Made by a program: the position numbers and the translations under genes
In this document: positions 60,934-64,000 of the stretch, in pieces
How positions within the stretch are numbered: the first letter of the stretch is position 1
Layout of the letters: each line of letters opens with the position of its first letter
NCBI GenBank assembly: GCA_043228905.1
Contig: JBHGNT010000004.1
Coordinates: forward strand, 4,154,001 to 4,218,000
Reading direction: 5' to 3'
DNA: 64,000 nt
DNA from: Azolla caroliniana
Taxonomy: Eukaryota > Plantae > Polypodiophyta
The notes under the pieces: generated by a model
What the model was told of the DNA's origin: nothing
Seen by the model: the letters and a program-made list of their open reading frames with translations, nothing else
The model's database searches: none

Positions 60934-63547
60934 ATGGATTCTCCCCCTCCCCCCCTCCCCCCACCTGCCAGGGATCGTCGCGCTGCAGACAACGAACGCA
61001 GACGAGGTCGAGACAGAGAGCCCCGCCGAGAGCCTCGCTTCGATGAAGACCGGCTCGATTACAAGAGGCGGAGAAGCCCCCCTTCCCCCCCTCCCCCTCC
61101 CCCTCCATCTCAGTACAGAGGTAGAGACAGAAGACCTTCCCCTCCTTACAAGCGTTCTCGAAGAGACGATCGGAGGTAAGTCCCCGTCTCTCCCTCTTTT
61201 CGTTTTCTCTTCTCTGCAGAATCTTTCCTTTCTCTGTATCGGTAGAGGAAACAGAAACAAAGTAACTTTCTCGACTTCCCTCGTCTCCTCTACTGTTTCT
61301 GATTGTCAGTACTTCTGCATTTTTGGATTCTCTGTTAGGTTTGTTGTTCTATCGCAAGAAAAATGGACCTTTCAGATTAGTCTGATTTCCTGCCCTTTTC
61401 CATTTCCCCTTCACTTCGATACTCATCTAGAAGAGAACTGTTCAAATATTTACCACATTTTCTGTAGGTTTTGTAGCAAGAAAACGGATTCCTAGAGTTT
61501 TCCATTTCCCTTTTGTATGTTGTCTTATTTTTTTGTTATAGTAGTTTTCAACAGCAAGAAAATGGAGAAATGCTCTGATTCATCCCTGTTTTCACTCTCT
61601 CTCCTTCACAGAATTTTCCTGCCAGATAATAAATAAGCTATTTGGTTAGAAATATATTCTCTGTAATTCCAATAAATCTGGTATCCAGGAGTTCCCTTTA
61701 CTAGTTATTGTGTTAGAATCAGGCCTGTATTCTTTCCCTTCTTCCTCTGTTGTTTTCTATATGTTTTGTAGCAAGAAAATGGAAAATTTCTATCTTGTCC
61801 TCCACTTGTATATCTGAATATCAGATAAGTCTGATGTGTAGACTCTTCTGTATTTTCTCTGCTAAATTAGAGATTGCATGTTTCTTGTAGGGTATTTGGT
61901 CAGAAAATGCATATGCTTTTCCTTTTCTGAGTTAGACCAATCATCCTTTTTTCTTTAAGATTTGTGGCAAGAAGATATAAAGAATGCTATATTGACTTGC
62001 TTTTCAGTGATACAAGGCGTGTCACTTTTTTTAAAAGTTTTGTGGCAAGAAATTGGAAATGATTTTATGTTGGATTACGTTTCAGTAACATAAGTTTGCT
62101 GACAGGCATCTTGTTTACTCAACTCGGGGAAATCAAGGCCCTTCTATTATCGCTATTTTTCTGTTGATCACTGCTATTGTTTTTTTCAAATCTGTAAGTT
62201 TAATAATAGGAATATGGGCAAAATCATAATAAATTCTTCTCAGTGGTAGAGGTCTTCTTAAAATGAAGATGGAAGAATAGAATGTATGCTTCTATCTGAG
62301 CAATCGTCAACAATATGCTCTGTAATAGAAATTAGTAATCCATTATTTTGTCTATGTTGAATTGGCATATGGTGATTTCATGACAACCTTCTTTGCCAAG
62401 CTGAAGAAGAAATTTCTTGCAGTTGCATTGATATATACAAATTACATACTTCATTGGTTAGATTGATTTTATTTCCCGACTATATTGTTGTGGCATGTAT
62501 TTTGATGATAGTTGATAGACCTTATTTCTCTTTAGAAAATTGATACTTTAAACTAACATGTTGATGTTGACACAGGCGATATTTATCGAGCTGATTCTTT
62601 GTGCAAGAAATTTGCAATGAGTGTTAAAGTTGGGGGGGAGTGAGGAAATCTGTTTAGAGTTATCTCCTTTTTCTATGATATATCTCAAAAAAATTTCTTG
62701 TGAGCGGAATGTAGGGAGTGTTTTCTTCCAACTGATTGATAAGATCAGATAAGGTTAGGGGAATTTGGGTTGTGCATATGAGAGTGACAAGGCCAAGCAT
62801 ATGACATACTATGCTGTTCCTCTTCGTGTGCAAGTGAGTCGAAAGATCTCAAGGTGTATGATAGTTCCTCTCTGAGTTACGTCGCACCACAAAAAATTGC
62901 AAGTAAGAGCATCTAAATAAATAGTGGAGATTGTTGTACTTCATTGTGTTGGTGCTCTTGAGATTTTATGATGGGTTAAAAATAGGCTTATTGAGGCATG
63001 TTTCTATAAATTTTTCTTTTTCTTTGATTACCTTTGTTTGTATGGATTTATAGCAAGCGTGAAAAACTTGAGCGCACCTTCCCTTTTCTTACTACAGGAT
63101 AGGAACTCATGGTGGACGAAGTGGCAGTTACAGTGGGGATGAAAGAAGCACTGGACGAAGACAAGGTAGTTTGTTCTCTTTAATTTTTAGAAAAACATGG
63201 TGGTTTTTGTTTCATTTTTCTTGAATCTCTTTAAATCTAATCTTGATTTTAATCTTGTTTTTTTAATGTTTACCTATAATTATATTCTTAATTTCTTTAC
63301 TCAAGGTCTCTCTCTCTCTCTCACAGATATGTATGTATAATATGATTTTCGAGTTGGTGAGTTAGTCACTTTTACTCTTCCTCTCTCTCTCATACACACC
63401 ACATTCGCATGTATGTATAATATTATTTTCAGAGTTGGTGATTTAGTTACTTTCTTGTTTGCATAAATAATCTTTCTTATGTAATGCGCCCAAATCTAAT
63501 TCTTTTAATATCTACTTGTACATGTATTCTTAATTGCTTTAATCAAG

Positions 63548-63583
<36 letters not shown>

Positions 63584-64000
63584 TGTGTAATATGATTTTA
63601 GAGTTGGTGGATTTAGTCATTTTCACTCTCACTCTTTCTCTCTCACATGCAGCACACACATGTATATATAATAATCTTTATCTTTTGTAATGCGCTATAA
63701 ACTTAAATTGGTTTATGAAGGCTACTTTTAAGGTGTTCATCAAACCTTTATTTGTGCCAGATTATATGGGGCAGATTCTTCCATTTATTAACGGACTGTT
63801 GCTTTTGTGCAGAATATGGAAGGGGAGGAAGTAGAGATGGGCTATTATCTAGTCGCAAGTAAGTGCTTTCTGGTTTTTGGGTAATAATTGAATTTTTTTT
63901 ATACTGTTATAAATTCCTCAAATTTTCTGATTTGTTATTGGTCTTATATGTACAGGGAAGGGTTGATGACATACAAGCAATTCATTTCTGAGTTGGAAGA
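60934..64000 (+). CDS. SE: SERRATE RNA effector (Ars2 homologue), 5' part; runs off the window
   Basis: Exons 60934-61175, 63098-63165, 63813-63858 and 63956->64000 join in frame. They give an R/D/P-rich disordered N-terminus (YKRRRSPPSPPP, RRPSPPYKRSRRDD), then KEGLMTYKQFISELE, matching the start of the SERRATE conserved core (GLMSYKQFIQELEDD). Confidence 0.88.
63300..63690. repeat. Degenerate intronic tandem repeats with (TC)n/(CA)n heads
   Basis: (ct)n(ca)n-atgt.t.taatat.atttt..gagttggtg.tttagt recurs about 3-4 times. Confidence 0.7.

Noticed and set aside
60608-61495. Long overlapping ORFs (166, 168 and 235 aa) around the SERRATE start
   Set aside because: They are alternative frames across microsatellite and low-complexity sequence; only the frame from ATG 60934 splices to the conserved core.

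Overview
Eukaryotic, intron-rich land-plant nuclear DNA. A non-seed plant such as a fern is plausible from the transposon repertoire, but that is inference. Seven host genes can be reconstructed from GT-AG exon chains: the 3' part of an ABCD (peroxisomal-type) transporter, an FEI-like LRR receptor kinase, a GDSL esterase/lipase, a GH17 beta-1,3-glucanase, an ERD7/senescence-domain protein, a 3-methyladenine DNA glycosylase (MAG, minus strand) and the 5' part of SERRATE. Between and inside them lie many mobile elements. Two divergent 5'-truncated LINEs (RTE-X-like) both sit in (TC)n tracts and share a 3' stem-loop. A full-length but frameshifted Ty1/copia element is nested inside an unclassified TIR element carrying Ulp1-protease and C2H2-finger remnants. 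There are also hAT-type MITEs and degraded Ty3/gypsy pieces. The most striking item is a 2.8 kb non-autonomous LTR element (56157-58925) with no tRNA primer-binding site. It has an 11-nt PBS complementary to its own predicted transcript start (Tf1-type self-priming geometry) and an internal array of about 21 hairpin repeats. It is part of a multi-level nest just upstream of SERRATE. All calls come from manual reading; no database search was run.
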